Positions 8,486-18,077 of a DNA stretch of 64,000 nt are shown here, piece after piece. Where the stretch lies: contig WLHL01000002.1 in assembly GCA_009702755.1 (NCBI GenBank), forward strand, positions 27,613 through 91,612. Reading direction: 5' to 3'. The position numbers and the translations under genes were made by a program. The stretch's first letter is position 1, and the number at the start of each line of letters is the position of its first letter. The notes below the pieces were generated by a model. It was given only the letters and a program-made list of their open reading frames with translations, was not told where the DNA came from and did no database searches. The DNA is from Actinomycetota bacterium (GTDB lineage Bacteria > Actinomycetota > Acidimicrobiia > Acidimicrobiales > Ilumatobacteraceae).

Positions 8486-11400
8486 GTGTCGTCATCGTTT
8501 ACACACCTGCATGTTCACACCGAATTTTCCATGTTGGACGGTGCAGCGCGCCTCGATGAACTGGTGTCAAAGGCGGTGCAAGACGGCCAGCCCGCATTGG
8601 GAATCACCGACCACGGCAACATGTATGGCGTCATCGACTTCTACAAGGAATGTAAGAAGCAGGGCATTAAGCCCATCATCGGTACAGAGGCCTATATGGC
8701 TTTCGACCACCGCACAGAACGTATTGCGCGTCGCGGAAAGATGGACGACAACGGCGGCGCAGACGAACGCGGCCAAAAGCAGTACTACCACCTGACCCTG
8801 TTGGCCGAAACGAATGAGGGCTATCGCAACCTCATCAAGTTGTCCAGCCTTGCCTTCCTCGAGGGCTACCACTACAAGCCACGTATCGACTGGGAATTGT
8901 TAGAGCGTCACTCCAAAGGCCTCATCGCAACGACCGGTTGTCTTGGTGGACACGTGCTGCAGTCACTTCTCAACGGCGACGAAAAGGGAGCCATTGCCAA
9001 AGCTGGTCGCCTGCAAGACATCTTCGGTAAAGACAATCTGTTCGTTGAAGTGCAAGACCACGGCATTGCAGATCAGTTGCGCACGAACCCCAAGTTGATT
9101 GAGATCGCAAACAAGATTGGCGCACCACTTCTCGCAACCAATGATTCGCACTATGTCAATCAGGCCGACCATGAGGCTCACGACGCATTGCTCTGTGTGC
9201 AAACCGGTGCGCTCATGCGTGACCAAGACCGTTTCCGCTTTGAAGGGAATGAGCACTATCTCAAGACATCGGAAGAGATGCGGTATCTCTGGCGTGAACA
9301 ACCCACAAGTTGTGACAACACGTTGTGGATCGCAGAGCGTTCCAATGTCGAGATTGAATTGGGAACGTACCACCTGCCCGTTTTCCCGATTCCTCAAGAG
9401 TTCGCCAACGACGAGAAGTATCTCGAACACCTCACCTGGGAAGGCGCGAAAATGCGCTGGGGCCAAGACCTCTCTGCTGAAGTGGTGGAGCGTGTCGCGT
9501 TTGAACTCGGTGTCATCAAACAGATGGGCTTTAGTTCGTACTTCCTCATCGTGTGGGACCTCATCAAGCACGCCAAAGATGAAGGCATTCGAGTCGGACC
9601 TGGTCGTGGCTCTGCTGCTGGTTGTGCGGTGGCCTATTGCCTACGCATTACCGAACTCGACCCCTTGAAGTACGACCTTCTGTTCGAACGCTTTCTTAAC
9701 CCGTCGCGTGTGAGCATGCCCGACATCGACATGGACTTCGACTCTCGTTATCGCGATCACATGATTCGGTATGCCGCGGATAAGTACGGTCGCGATCATG
9801 TGGCTCAAATCATCACCTTCGCCACCATTAAGTCACGCAACGCCGTGCGCGACGCGGCGCGAGTGTTGGGTCATGAGTATGCAGTGGGCGACCGCATTGC
9901 AAAGTTGATGCCGCCTCTGAACCAAGGTCGCGACACTCCACTAGCTGCATGTCTCGAATTCAACGACAAGTTTGCAGACGGGTATCGCGACGCCCAGGGC
10001 TTGCGAGACCTGATTGCTGTTGACGAAGTTGCAGCCAAGGTGGTTGATGTTGCGCGCGGTCTTGAAGGCCTGAAGCGCTCCGACGGTATTCACGCAGCTG
10101 CCGTGGTGATTACGCCAAAGGAACTCACGGAGTATCTGCCTATTCAGCGCAAGCCAGTGGGCGATTTAAAGGCTGATGAAGCGCCCATCGTGACGCAGTA
10201 TGAAATGCACGCCGTGGAAGAACTTGGGCTCCTCAAGATGGACTTCTTGGGCTTGCGCAACCTCGACGTCATCACAGACGCAGTGGAAATGATTCGCCGG
10301 CAACGCGACCCTGATTTCGACATCGACAATGTGCCACTTGACGACAAGTTGACATTCGAATTGTTGGGCAGGGGAGACACCATCGGTATTTTCCAGTTGG
10401 AGTCTCCGCCGATGCGAGCATTGTTGAAGTCGATGAAGCCCACGTCATTCGAAGACGTGAGTGCAGTTCTTGCGTTGTATCGACCAGGTCCGATGAGCGT
10501 GAACATGCATTACGACTACGCCGACTACAAGAACCATCGCAAAGTACCTGAGTATTTCCACCCCGAAGCAAAAGAGCTTCTGCACGACACCTACGGACTC
10601 ATGGTGTACCAAGAGAGCATGATGCGCGTCGCGCAAAAGTTCGCCGGCTACGACCTTGCACAAGCCGACAACTTGCGAAAGGCCTGTGGCAAAAAAGATC
10701 ACGTCGCCATGGCAAAAGAAGAAGGTGCTTTTGTCGATGGCTGTGAAAAAACTGGATACGGCCGCGAGCTTGGTGAAACCCTCTTCGGTGTGATTCGCAA
10801 GTTTGCTGACTATGCGTTTAACAAGAGCCACACCTTCGGATACGGACTGATCTCGTATCAAACGGCATATCTCAAAGCACATTTCCCGGTTGAGTACTCA
10901 GCATCGCTTCTGTCGTCGGTCAAGGGCAACTACGAAAAGGCTGCAGTGCACCTCGCAGATTGCCGTTCGATGGGCATCACAGTTTCAAACCCTGATGTCA
11001 ATGCTGGTCGTGCCGACTTTGAAGCCATCTGTACAGACACTGAGAAGCGCATCATCTTTGCTCTCTCTGCGGTGCGCAATGTCGGAGAAGGTCTGGTTGC
11101 CCAGATCGTCGAAGAACGAGATGCCAATGGCCCGTTCCAATCGTTCCATGATTTTGCAAAGAGAGCTCCTGAACAAGCATTGAACAAGCGGGCAGTGGAG
11201 TCCCTCATCAAGGCTGGCGGCTTTGACTCGTTAGGTCACCCTCGCCGCGGCTTGCTGATGGTGTTTGAGTCGATTATCGATAATGCAGTCTCAAAGCGTC
11301 GTGAAGAAGAAAAGGGCGTGATGTCGCTCTTTGGCGAGCTGGAAGAATCGAATGACAGTGGATGGTCTTCTGAGATTGCCATTCCTGATTTGCAGTTTGC

Positions 11401-12013
11401 TAAGCCCGACCAATTGCGTCACGAAAAAGACATGCTGGGTCTGTACATCTCTGATCACCCTCTGCGCGGTGTCGAGAATGCATTGCGTCGTATGACCACA
11501 AGTTCCATTCGTGACCTTGAAACTCGCGAAGCAGGCAATGTCACGATTGGTGGAGTGATGACATCGCTTAATCGCCGATTCACGAAGCGTGGCGATCAGA
11601 TGGCGACATTTGTGTTGGAAGACTTGGATGCTGCGATTGAAGTGACTGTGTTCTCAAAAGTTCTTGGCGAGTTCGGTCATCTGTTGTCCGATGATCAAGT
11701 CATCACAGTGTCTGGCCGACTGAATCGACGCGAAGATGCTCCTGCAAGCTTTTCAGCACAACGCATCGTCGTTCCAGAGAATCTTCATGTGCGCATTTCA
11801 GAAGTTCTGATCTCGCTGCCGTCGGGATTCAACAGCACAAAACTTGATGCACTAAAGACAATCATTTCTGAGTTCCCCGGTGATTCACCAGTGCGATTGC
11901 AGCTAGCTGGTGGCAAGGTCTTTGACCTTGGGTCAGGTCATTTGGTGGATATTGAGAAGGCTGTAGCCCCGCTTCGACTCACTTTTGGGTCAAATGCGGT
12001 GAAAATCATCTGA
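8486..12013 (+). CDS. dnaE: DNA polymerase III alpha subunit (DnaE1)
   Basis: The PHP-domain N-terminus is SSSFTHLHVHTEFSMLDGA, and the product is about 1175 aa. AAGGAG at 8473-8478 favours the GTG at 8486 over the ORF-track GTG at 8480. Confidence 0.96.
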   Translation: MSSSFTHLHVHTEFSMLDGAARLDELVSKAVQDGQPALGITDHGNMYGVIDFYKECKKQGIKPIIGTEAYMAFDHRTERIARRGKMDDNGGADERGQKQYYHLTLLAETNEGYRNLIKLSSLAFLEGYHYKPRIDWELLERHSKGLIATTGCLGGHVLQSLLNGDEKGAIAKAGRLQDIFGKDNLFVEVQDHGIADQLRTNPKLIEIANKIGAPLLATNDSHYVNQADHEAHDALLCVQTGALMRDQDRFRFEGNEHYLKTSEEMRYLWREQPTSCDNTLWIAERSNVEIELGTYHLPVFPIPQEFANDEKYLEHLTWEGAKMRWGQDLSAEVVERVAFELGVIKQMGFSSYFLIVWDLIKHAKDEGIRVGPGRGSAAGCAVAYCLRITELDPLKYDLLFERFLNPSRVSMPDIDMDFDSRYRDHMIRYAADKYGRDHVAQIITFATIKSRNAVRDAARVLGHEYAVGDRIAKLMPPLNQGRDTPLAACLEFNDKFADGYRDAQGLRDLIAVDEVAAKVVDVARGLEGLKRSDGIHAAAVVITPKELTEYLPIQRKPVGDLKADEAPIVTQYEMHAVEELGLLKMDFLGLRNLDVITDAVEMIRRQRDPDFDIDNVPLDDKLTFELLGRGDTIGIFQLESPPMRALLKSMKPTSFEDVSAVLALYRPGPMSVNMHYDYADYKNHRKVPEYFHPEAKELLHDTYGLMVYQESMMRVAQKFAGYDLAQADNLRKACGKKDHVAMAKEEGAFVDGCEKTGYGRELGETLFGVIRKFADYAFNKSHTFGYGLISYQTAYLKAHFPVEYSASLLSSVKGNYEKAAVHLADCRSMGITVSNPDVNAGRADFEAICTDTEKRIIFALSAVRNVGEGLVAQIVEERDANGPFQSFHDFAKRAPEQALNKRAVESLIKAGGFDSLGHPRRGLLMVFESIIDNAVSKRREEEKGVMSLFGELEESNDSGWSSEIAIPDLQFAKPDQLRHEKDMLGLYISDHPLRGVENALRRMTTSSIRDLETREAGNVTIGGVMTSLNRRFTKRGDQMATFVLEDLDAAIEVTVFSKVLGEFGHLLSDDQVITVSGRLNRREDAPASFSAQRIVVPENLHVRISEVLISLPSGFNSTKLDALKTIISEFPGDSPVRLQLAGGKVFDLGSGHLVDIEKAVAPLRLTFGSNAVKII

Positions 12014-12043
12014 TTATTCGGCTCCGTTTCAGGGTTCCGACAT

Positions 12044-12775
12044 TTGGAATGGCAGAATAGAGGGGTTGTTGTCGGCGTCGTCGCCGCGAAAAGCCTTAGG
12101 GAGTCACTCGGTTCTATGTCGTTGGAAGTCACCACACAGGACAGCAGTGCCCTTACAGAGGCTCAGCTCGAAGAGATGCTGACCATTGAGGGTTCTTTTG
12201 GCCTTGAGCAGTTTCAGAAGGCACAGCAAGACTGGGTGCTCTGCACACTTGCTCGCCTTGACGGAAAACTGCACGGTGTCACCTTCTCGACTCTCGAGCG
12301 CATTGGCGGAACACCATGTGTGCTGCTCGGCCTGATGACCATCAAGCGCACTGCAAAGCGCGATTCCATCTTGAAGGGCCTCATGGGCGAGGCCTATCAC
12401 CGCGCACTCATGGCATTCCCTGACGAAGACGTTGTTGTCGGTAGTCGTTTCCCATCAGCCGATGGCATGGAAGCGTTCAAGTCCCTCACCGACATCATTC
12501 CCCGTTTTGAACATCGCGCAGATGGCGAAGCTCGTGCATGGGGCAAGCGTTTGGCTCGTCGCTTCAAAGTTGATGCAACGTATGACGAGAAGTCCTTCAC
12601 GGTCGCATCAGGCGGTCAAAGTGGTTTCCTCGATCATGTGTCGTTGAAGCCTGAGAAAATCTCTGACGAAATCACATCACTCTTCAAAGGCGTTAATGCC
12701 AAGAAGGGTGGCGTTCTTATCGTTCACGGCTGGACGATGGCAGAGAGCCTCGTCAAGCTCGGCGCACGCTCGTAA
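12044..12775 (+). CDS. Hypothetical protein with no family I recognise
   Basis: The ORF is 243 aa from TTG 12044, or 219 aa from ATG 12116. It has no TM segments and no motif I can name. It sits tightly between dnaE and the nitroreductase on the same strand. The start is uncertain. Confidence 0.6.
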   Translation: MEWQNRGVVVGVVAAKSLRESLGSMSLEVTTQDSSALTEAQLEEMLTIEGSFGLEQFQKAQQDWVLCTLARLDGKLHGVTFSTLERIGGTPCVLLGLMTIKRTAKRDSILKGLMGEAYHRALMAFPDEDVVVGSRFPSADGMEAFKSLTDIIPRFEHRADGEARAWGKRLARRFKVDATYDEKSFTVASGGQSGFLDHVSLKPEKISDEITSLFKGVNAKKGGVLIVHGWTMAESLVKLGARS

Positions 12776-12779
12776 CGCT

Positions 12780-13379
12780 GTGCTTTTCGCCGACGTCGTT
12801 CGTTCGCGTCGGATGACTCGTTCTTTTCGTCCGGATTCTGTCGATCCTGCGCTGCTTGAATCCTGCATTGACTTAGGACTGCGTGCTCCGAGTGCGGGGA
12901 AGTCGCAGGGGTGGCATGTGTTGTTACTGCAGGGACAAGAGACGTCTCGTTACTGGGACACTGCATTGCCGCAGAGCAAGCGTGAGAATTTCGCATTCCC
13001 GCATCTCTTGGCCGCGCCAGTGATTGCTCTCATGCTTGCTGATACCTCGGCGTACTTGCAGCGCTATTCAGAAGATGACAAAGCCCACACTGGACTTGGT
13101 GAATCTGTCGAAGCATGGGTGGCGCCATATTGGACAATTGACGCATCATTCTCGACGATGACGTTTCTCTTGGCGTTGGAAGACAACGGCCTCGGCGCTT
13201 TGTTCTTTGCTCATGCAAACGAACCACAATTACGAGCAGAGTTTCAATTGCCAGACAATGTGCAAATTCTTGGAACAGTGGCTCTCGGATACGCAACCGA
13301 ACAAGAAGAACGACGTGGTCGCAGTGCGTCTCGACTTCGCAAAACAGTTGACGAAGTTATTCACCGCTCTTGGTGGTGA
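12780..13379 (+). CDS. Nitroreductase-family protein
   Basis: Typical N-terminus ..LFADVVRSRRMTRSFRPD, with later segments SAGKSQGW and GALFF. The GTG at 12780 is the first start after the upstream stop. The ORF-track start at 12696 lies inside the upstream gene. Confidence 0.85.
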   Translation: MLFADVVRSRRMTRSFRPDSVDPALLESCIDLGLRAPSAGKSQGWHVLLLQGQETSRYWDTALPQSKRENFAFPHLLAAPVIALMLADTSAYLQRYSEDDKAHTGLGESVEAWVAPYWTIDASFSTMTFLLALEDNGLGALFFAHANEPQLRAEFQLPDNVQILGTVALGYATEQEERRGRSASRLRKTVDEVIHRSWW

Positions 13380-15354
13380 ATAACCGCTGACGCATGTCGT
13401 CAGGGGTGGATGCCGGCAAGAGGCAGACATAATCGCGACACACATAGGCCGCACCGGGTTCTCTTCCGCTCCAAAGTGGCGAATCTGTTGGTGCACCCCA
13501 AGCAAGTACTGCGTGCGGTCGCCACTGTTCGCGATAAACGGAGATCAGTGTTTGCTCAGTGCCCGGAATCACGACTTCGGTGGTGCCGATGTGCAGGAGC
13601 AGACCAGCAGCCAATGCATTGCCAAATGCTGATGGGGCATTGGGTGCGACACGAGCAAGCAAGCGCAAGATGTCGTGAGCACGTTGCCTCAACGATTCAT
13701 CACCTGTGATCGCTGAAAGACGGAGGAATGCCATCGCTGCGACTGAGTTCGCAGATGGGGTGGCATTGTCCATCAAGTCTTTTTGACGGACAACTAACTG
13801 TTCGGCAGTACTGCCCACAGTGAAGAGCCCGCCATGTTCAGCGTCCCAGTGATGTTCAATCAAATGTTGTGCAGTCTCAATGGCGACTGTGAGCCATTCA
13901 TGATCTGAGGTCAGTTCATACATGCGCGTCATCGCATCAACAACATGGGCAAGGTCATGTGCGAGTGCGCTGTGTCGTGCAGACGGTGTGGCGTCGGATT
14001 GCCAACTGCGACGCCATGAGCCATCGGGCATGCGGAGATTGTCGACAAGGAAACGTGCATTAGCAGTTGCCATCGCGATGTATGTCTGGTCCTCGAAGGC
14101 GGCAGCAACTTCACACAAAGAAGAAAGCATCATTGCGTTCCACTCGGTGAGGACTTTGTTGTCGAGACCAGGGCGTGGGCGCTGCGAGCGAACAGCCAAC
14201 ATTTCTTGTTGCGCCGTCACAATGTGGGCGGGGCGAATGATGTCGGCTCGCTGGCGAATGCGATTCGGAATTGATCGACCTTCAAAATTGCCATCATCGG
14301 TTATGTCCCAGTACTGAAGGACCGCTTCGGCATCACCACTGACTGCGCGACGTACTTCTGCAGGGGTCCATGTATAGAACGCCCCTTCTTCGGAATGACC
14401 GTGTTCGTCCAGTGAGTCGGCATCCTCGGCGCTGTAGAACCCGCCAGATGAATGTGTGAGGTCTCGAGCGATGTACGCAATTATCTCGCGGACAACCTGT
14501 TCATCTCGTTGTTCGCCTGTGAGCTGCCAGCTGTGCAAGTACACCCGAGTGAGGAGAGCTTGGTCGTACAGCATTTTCTCAAAGTGCGGAACAAGCCATT
14601 GTTGGTCAACGCTGTAGCGAGAAAAACCGCCGCCCAAGTGGTCGTACATGCCACCGGCAGCCATTGCATCAAGAGATGTGCGCACAAGTGGCAGAAGAGT
14701 GGCGTCTTTGTTAACGGAATAGATCCGCATGAGCAAGTCGAGTGCAAACGTTGAAGGGAACTTCGGGGCACCACCGAATCCGCCCCAGGTGGAATCAAAG
14801 TTGCTTCGCAGAGCGTCAACGGTCGATGAAATGAGACGTGGAGTGTCAATGTCATCTGCGGGCGCAATGAGTGCAGTGCGTCCGATGGATTCAACGAGAG
14901 CATCAACGTTCTGCTGCAGCTCATCACGACGATTCGTCCACGCGTCATCGACTGCGTTCATGAGCTTGACAAATGTTTCGCGTGGGTAATAGGTGCCGCC
15001 GTAGAACGGCTCACCGTCGGGAGTAAGAAAGACCGTCATCGGCCATCCGCCTCGACCTGTTAGTGCTTGTACGGCGTCCATGTACACCGCATCAACATCA
15101 GGGCGTTCTTCGCGATCGACCTTGACGTTGATAAACAACGAATTCATGACCGCAGCAGTCGCGTCATCTTCAAAACTTTCATGGGCCATGACATGGCACC
15201 AATGACATGCTGAATATCCCACCGACAACAAAATCGGGCGACCCGTGCGGCGAGCCTCTTCAAATGCTTCGTCACCCCACTGATACCAGTGAACGGGGTT
15301 GTCTCGATGCTGGCGTAGGTACGGAGACGTTGCGTCGACGAGACGATTTGACAC
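13357..15354 (-). CDS. Thioredoxin-domain protein (DUF255 / YyaL / SSP411-like)
   Basis: The N-terminus SPYLRQHRDNPVHWYQWGDEAFEEARRTGRPILLSVGYSACHWCHVMAHESFED is the family signature. 665 aa. Confidence 0.93.
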   Translation of the reverse strand: MSNRLVDATSPYLRQHRDNPVHWYQWGDEAFEEARRTGRPILLSVGYSACHWCHVMAHESFEDDATAAVMNSLFINVKVDREERPDVDAVYMDAVQALTGRGGWPMTVFLTPDGEPFYGGTYYPRETFVKLMNAVDDAWTNRRDELQQNVDALVESIGRTALIAPADDIDTPRLISSTVDALRSNFDSTWGGFGGAPKFPSTFALDLLMRIYSVNKDATLLPLVRTSLDAMAAGGMYDHLGGGFSRYSVDQQWLVPHFEKMLYDQALLTRVYLHSWQLTGEQRDEQVVREIIAYIARDLTHSSGGFYSAEDADSLDEHGHSEEGAFYTWTPAEVRRAVSGDAEAVLQYWDITDDGNFEGRSIPNRIRQRADIIRPAHIVTAQQEMLAVRSQRPRPGLDNKVLTEWNAMMLSSLCEVAAAFEDQTYIAMATANARFLVDNLRMPDGSWRRSWQSDATPSARHSALAHDLAHVVDAMTRMYELTSDHEWLTVAIETAQHLIEHHWDAEHGGLFTVGSTAEQLVVRQKDLMDNATPSANSVAAMAFLRLSAITGDESLRQRAHDILRLLARVAPNAPSAFGNALAAGLLLHIGTTEVVIPGTEQTLISVYREQWRPHAVLAWGAPTDSPLWSGREPGAAYVCRDYVCLLPASTPDDMRQRLFTTKSGE

Positions 15355-15360
15355 TGTGGT

Positions 15361-16128
15361 CTATGCGCCCATGGCGTGGTAGCCGCCATCAACGTGAATG
15401 ACTTCACCAGTAGTTGCGGGGAACCAATCGGACATCAGAGCAAGAACTGTCTTTGCGACGGGAGTGGAGTCAGTGACATCCCACCCCAGAGGTGAGCGTT
15501 CATCCCAAATGTCTTCAAACTTCTTAAAGCCAGGAATTGATTTTGCAGCCATTGTCTTAATGGGGCCAGCAGCAACAAGGTTGCATCGAATGCCTCGTGG
15601 GCCGAGGTCTTTTGCGAGATAGCGGTTCGTCGCTTCGAACGCTGCCTTTGCCACACCCATCCAGTTGTAGGCGGGCCATGCAACGGTGTTGTCGAAGTCG
15701 AGACCAACAATCGTGGAGCCGGGCTGCATGAGAGGAAGAAATGCATCGGCCATTGTCTTCAAGGAGTACGCAGAAATCTCCATGGCGACGGCAACGTCAC
15801 TCCACTGAGCAGCAAGAAAATCATCGCCGAGGCAGATCTCGGGGGCAAAGCCAATGGCATGGAGAACACCATCAACGCGACCCAGGGAGGCGCGCACTTG
15901 TTCACGAACTGATTCGACGTGTGCTGCATTGGTGACATCAAACTCAAAGACCTCTACGGGAGAGTCCAGTTTGCGAGCCGTGCGTTGCGTGAGCGAGAGT
16001 GCCCGACCAGCGCCGGTGAGCACAATTTCGGCTCCTTCGCGCTGCGCAAGCTGTGCGACTCGAAAGGCGAGCGACGCATCTGTCAACACGCCTGTCACCA
16101 CAATTTTCTTACCGTCAAGAAGACCCAT
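15361..16128 (-). CDS. fabI: Enoyl-ACP reductase (NADH), FabI/InhA type
   Basis: MGLLDGKKIVVTGV...SLAF..A, an SDR fold, and a C-terminus ...GEVIHVDGGYHAMG typical of InhA/FabI. Confidence 0.9.
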   Translation of the reverse strand: MGLLDGKKIVVTGVLTDASLAFRVAQLAQREGAEIVLTGAGRALSLTQRTARKLDSPVEVFEFDVTNAAHVESVREQVRASLGRVDGVLHAIGFAPEICLGDDFLAAQWSDVAVAMEISAYSLKTMADAFLPLMQPGSTIVGLDFDNTVAWPAYNWMGVAKAAFEATNRYLAKDLGPRGIRCNLVAAGPIKTMAAKSIPGFKKFEDIWDERSPLGWDVTDSTPVAKTVLALMSDWFPATTGEVIHVDGGYHAMGA

Positions 16129-16175
16129 GCTTATGACCGTAGTTCGGTAGGGGTCTATGTGTAAGGCTCTATCAA

Positions 16176-16850
16176 ATGCGTATTGGAATCCTCGGAGGAA
16201 CCGGGCCTGCCGGAAGTGCCCTTGGCGCTCGTTTGGCGTCGGTTGGCTATGAAGTCATTATCGGCTCTCGATCGAAGTATCGAGCACTAGAGGCTGTTGA
16301 CGGCTTGAAGGCCAAGTGGCCTGATCTGAATTTGGCCATCGAGGCCGGGGACAATGAAGCTGCCTCTGCGTGTGACGTGGTGGTTCTTGCTACTCCATGG
16401 GAAGGCGCAGCAACAACTGCCCAGGAGCACATCGGACTCTTGGCCGGCAAAACCGTGATCAGCATGGCAAACGCTTTGGTGCGCGTAGGCCATGAGTTCC
16501 AGCCTTTGATGCCTCCACGTGGAAGTGTTGCGGCACACGTTCAGGCAGCAGTGCCAGAGTGTCGTGTTGTCGCTGCATTTCATCACCTGCCTGCAACAGA
16601 GTTGGGCCATCTCGGTGATCCGATTGACTCCGACGTTCTCATTTGTTCCGATGACGATGACGCAAAGCGCATCACGATGGAAATCACGGAACGTATTCCT
16701 GGCTGCCGTCCACTCGACGCAGGCGAGCTTTCCAATGCCACAGCAATCGAAGCGTTCACTGCAGTTCTGTTGCAACTCAATGTTCGTTACAAGACACGAG
16801 TGGCACCGAAGTTGACTGGCATCAAGAGGGACCCACGGGCGAAGGCCTGA
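16176..16850 (+). CDS. npdG: NADPH-dependent F420 reductase
   Basis: MRIGILGGTGPAGSALGARLASVGYEVIIGSRS has the Rossmann N-terminus and length typical of NpdG/FNO. Confidence 0.8.
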   Translation: MRIGILGGTGPAGSALGARLASVGYEVIIGSRSKYRALEAVDGLKAKWPDLNLAIEAGDNEAASACDVVVLATPWEGAATTAQEHIGLLAGKTVISMANALVRVGHEFQPLMPPRGSVAAHVQAAVPECRVVAAFHHLPATELGHLGDPIDSDVLICSDDDDAKRITMEITERIPGCRPLDAGELSNATAIEAFTAVLLQLNVRYKTRVAPKLTGIKRDPRAKA

Positions 16851-16855
16851 TTCCT

Positions 16856-18001
16856 ATGTCCATGAGGTTGTACGACACGGCGCGCCGCGAGGTCGTTCCG
16901 TTCACCCCAGGTGAGACAGTCCTGATGTACACGTGCGGTATCACGCCGTATGACGCCACTCATCTTGGTCATGCATCAACGTTCGTGATGTACGACATCG
17001 TTCAGCGTCGGCTCATCGATCTGGGCCATACCGTGAAGTGCGTACGAAACGTCACTGATGTTGATGACCCATTGTTTGCAAAGGCACGTGAACTCGGTGT
17101 TCATTATTTGGATCTTGCAGCAGGTGAGGAAGCTCGCTTCAACCGCGACATGGTTGCCCTTAATGCACTTCCAGTGTTCAGCACTCCTCGTGCATCGTCT
17201 GCCATCACTGATATCCGTAAGTTCATTGGTGAGGTACTCGACCGCGGGTTTGCATATGTGGCAGGTGGCTCGGTGTATTTCGATGTCACCAAGTTCCCGT
17301 CCTTTGGTGACGTCTCTCATTATTCCCACGAACAGATGATTGAGTTCGCTCGTCAACGTGGCGGCAACGTTGACGACCCTCACAAGCGCAATCCGTTGGA
17401 CTTCGTGTTGTGGCATCCGTCTGCCGAGGATGAACCAGCGTGGGACACCGCATGGGGTGCCGGTCGCCCTGGCTGGCACATCGAATGTTCTGCTCTTGCA
17501 CTTCGTGAACTGGGCACGACGATTGATCTTCATGGCGGTGGAAGCGACTTGATCTTCCCGCACCATGAATGTGAGCGTGCTCAGTCAGAAGCCGCGACTG
17601 GTGAAACCTTTGTGAAGCACTGGATGCATGTTGCGATGGTCTTTAAAGATGGCGAGAAGATGTCAAAGAGCCTTGGCAATCTTGTCTTCGTCGACAAACT
17701 CCGCACTGAGTGGGATCCTCGTTCTATTCGTACTGCGATTATCGAGCACAGCTATCGCAACGAGTGGGAATGGGACGAAGACCTCATGCCACGTAATCAT
17801 GCGCGTCTTGTCGCCTGGAAGGGTTCTGTTGGCGGAACCGCCTCCGATGTGTTGGAGAACGTTCGTGCATGCCTCGATAATGATCTCGATACGCCAGGAG
17901 CAGTTGCGGCAATCGACTCAGCTGCGGCACAGGGTCACGATGTGTCAGCAGCAGCATCGCTTTTAGGCGTTGAACTGGCTGAAGCCGTCGGCCCTAAATA
18001 G
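16856..18001 (+). CDS. mshC: Cysteine:1D-myo-inosityl 2-amino-2-deoxy-alpha-D-glucopyranoside ligase (mycothiol ligase MshC)
   Basis: CysRS-like core with CGITPYDATHLGHA, NVTDVDDPLF, GRPGWHIECSA, GGGSDLIFPHHE and KMSKSLGN. It lacks the CysRS anticodon-binding tail (381 aa). From memory it resembles M. smegmatis MshC closely. Confidence 0.85.
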   Translation: MSMRLYDTARREVVPFTPGETVLMYTCGITPYDATHLGHASTFVMYDIVQRRLIDLGHTVKCVRNVTDVDDPLFAKARELGVHYLDLAAGEEARFNRDMVALNALPVFSTPRASSAITDIRKFIGEVLDRGFAYVAGGSVYFDVTKFPSFGDVSHYSHEQMIEFARQRGGNVDDPHKRNPLDFVLWHPSAEDEPAWDTAWGAGRPGWHIECSALALRELGTTIDLHGGGSDLIFPHHECERAQSEAATGETFVKHWMHVAMVFKDGEKMSKSLGNLVFVDKLRTEWDPRSIRTAIIEHSYRNEWEWDEDLMPRNHARLVAWKGSVGGTASDVLENVRACLDNDLDTPGAVAAIDSAAAQGHDVSAAASLLGVELAEAVGPK

Positions 18002-18077
18002 CCCCTTTTCTTTGCTGGGTCGCATCATCGCGCACCCCGTTCACAGCGTCTCGAATACGGGGTAATGTTCGCTCGAG

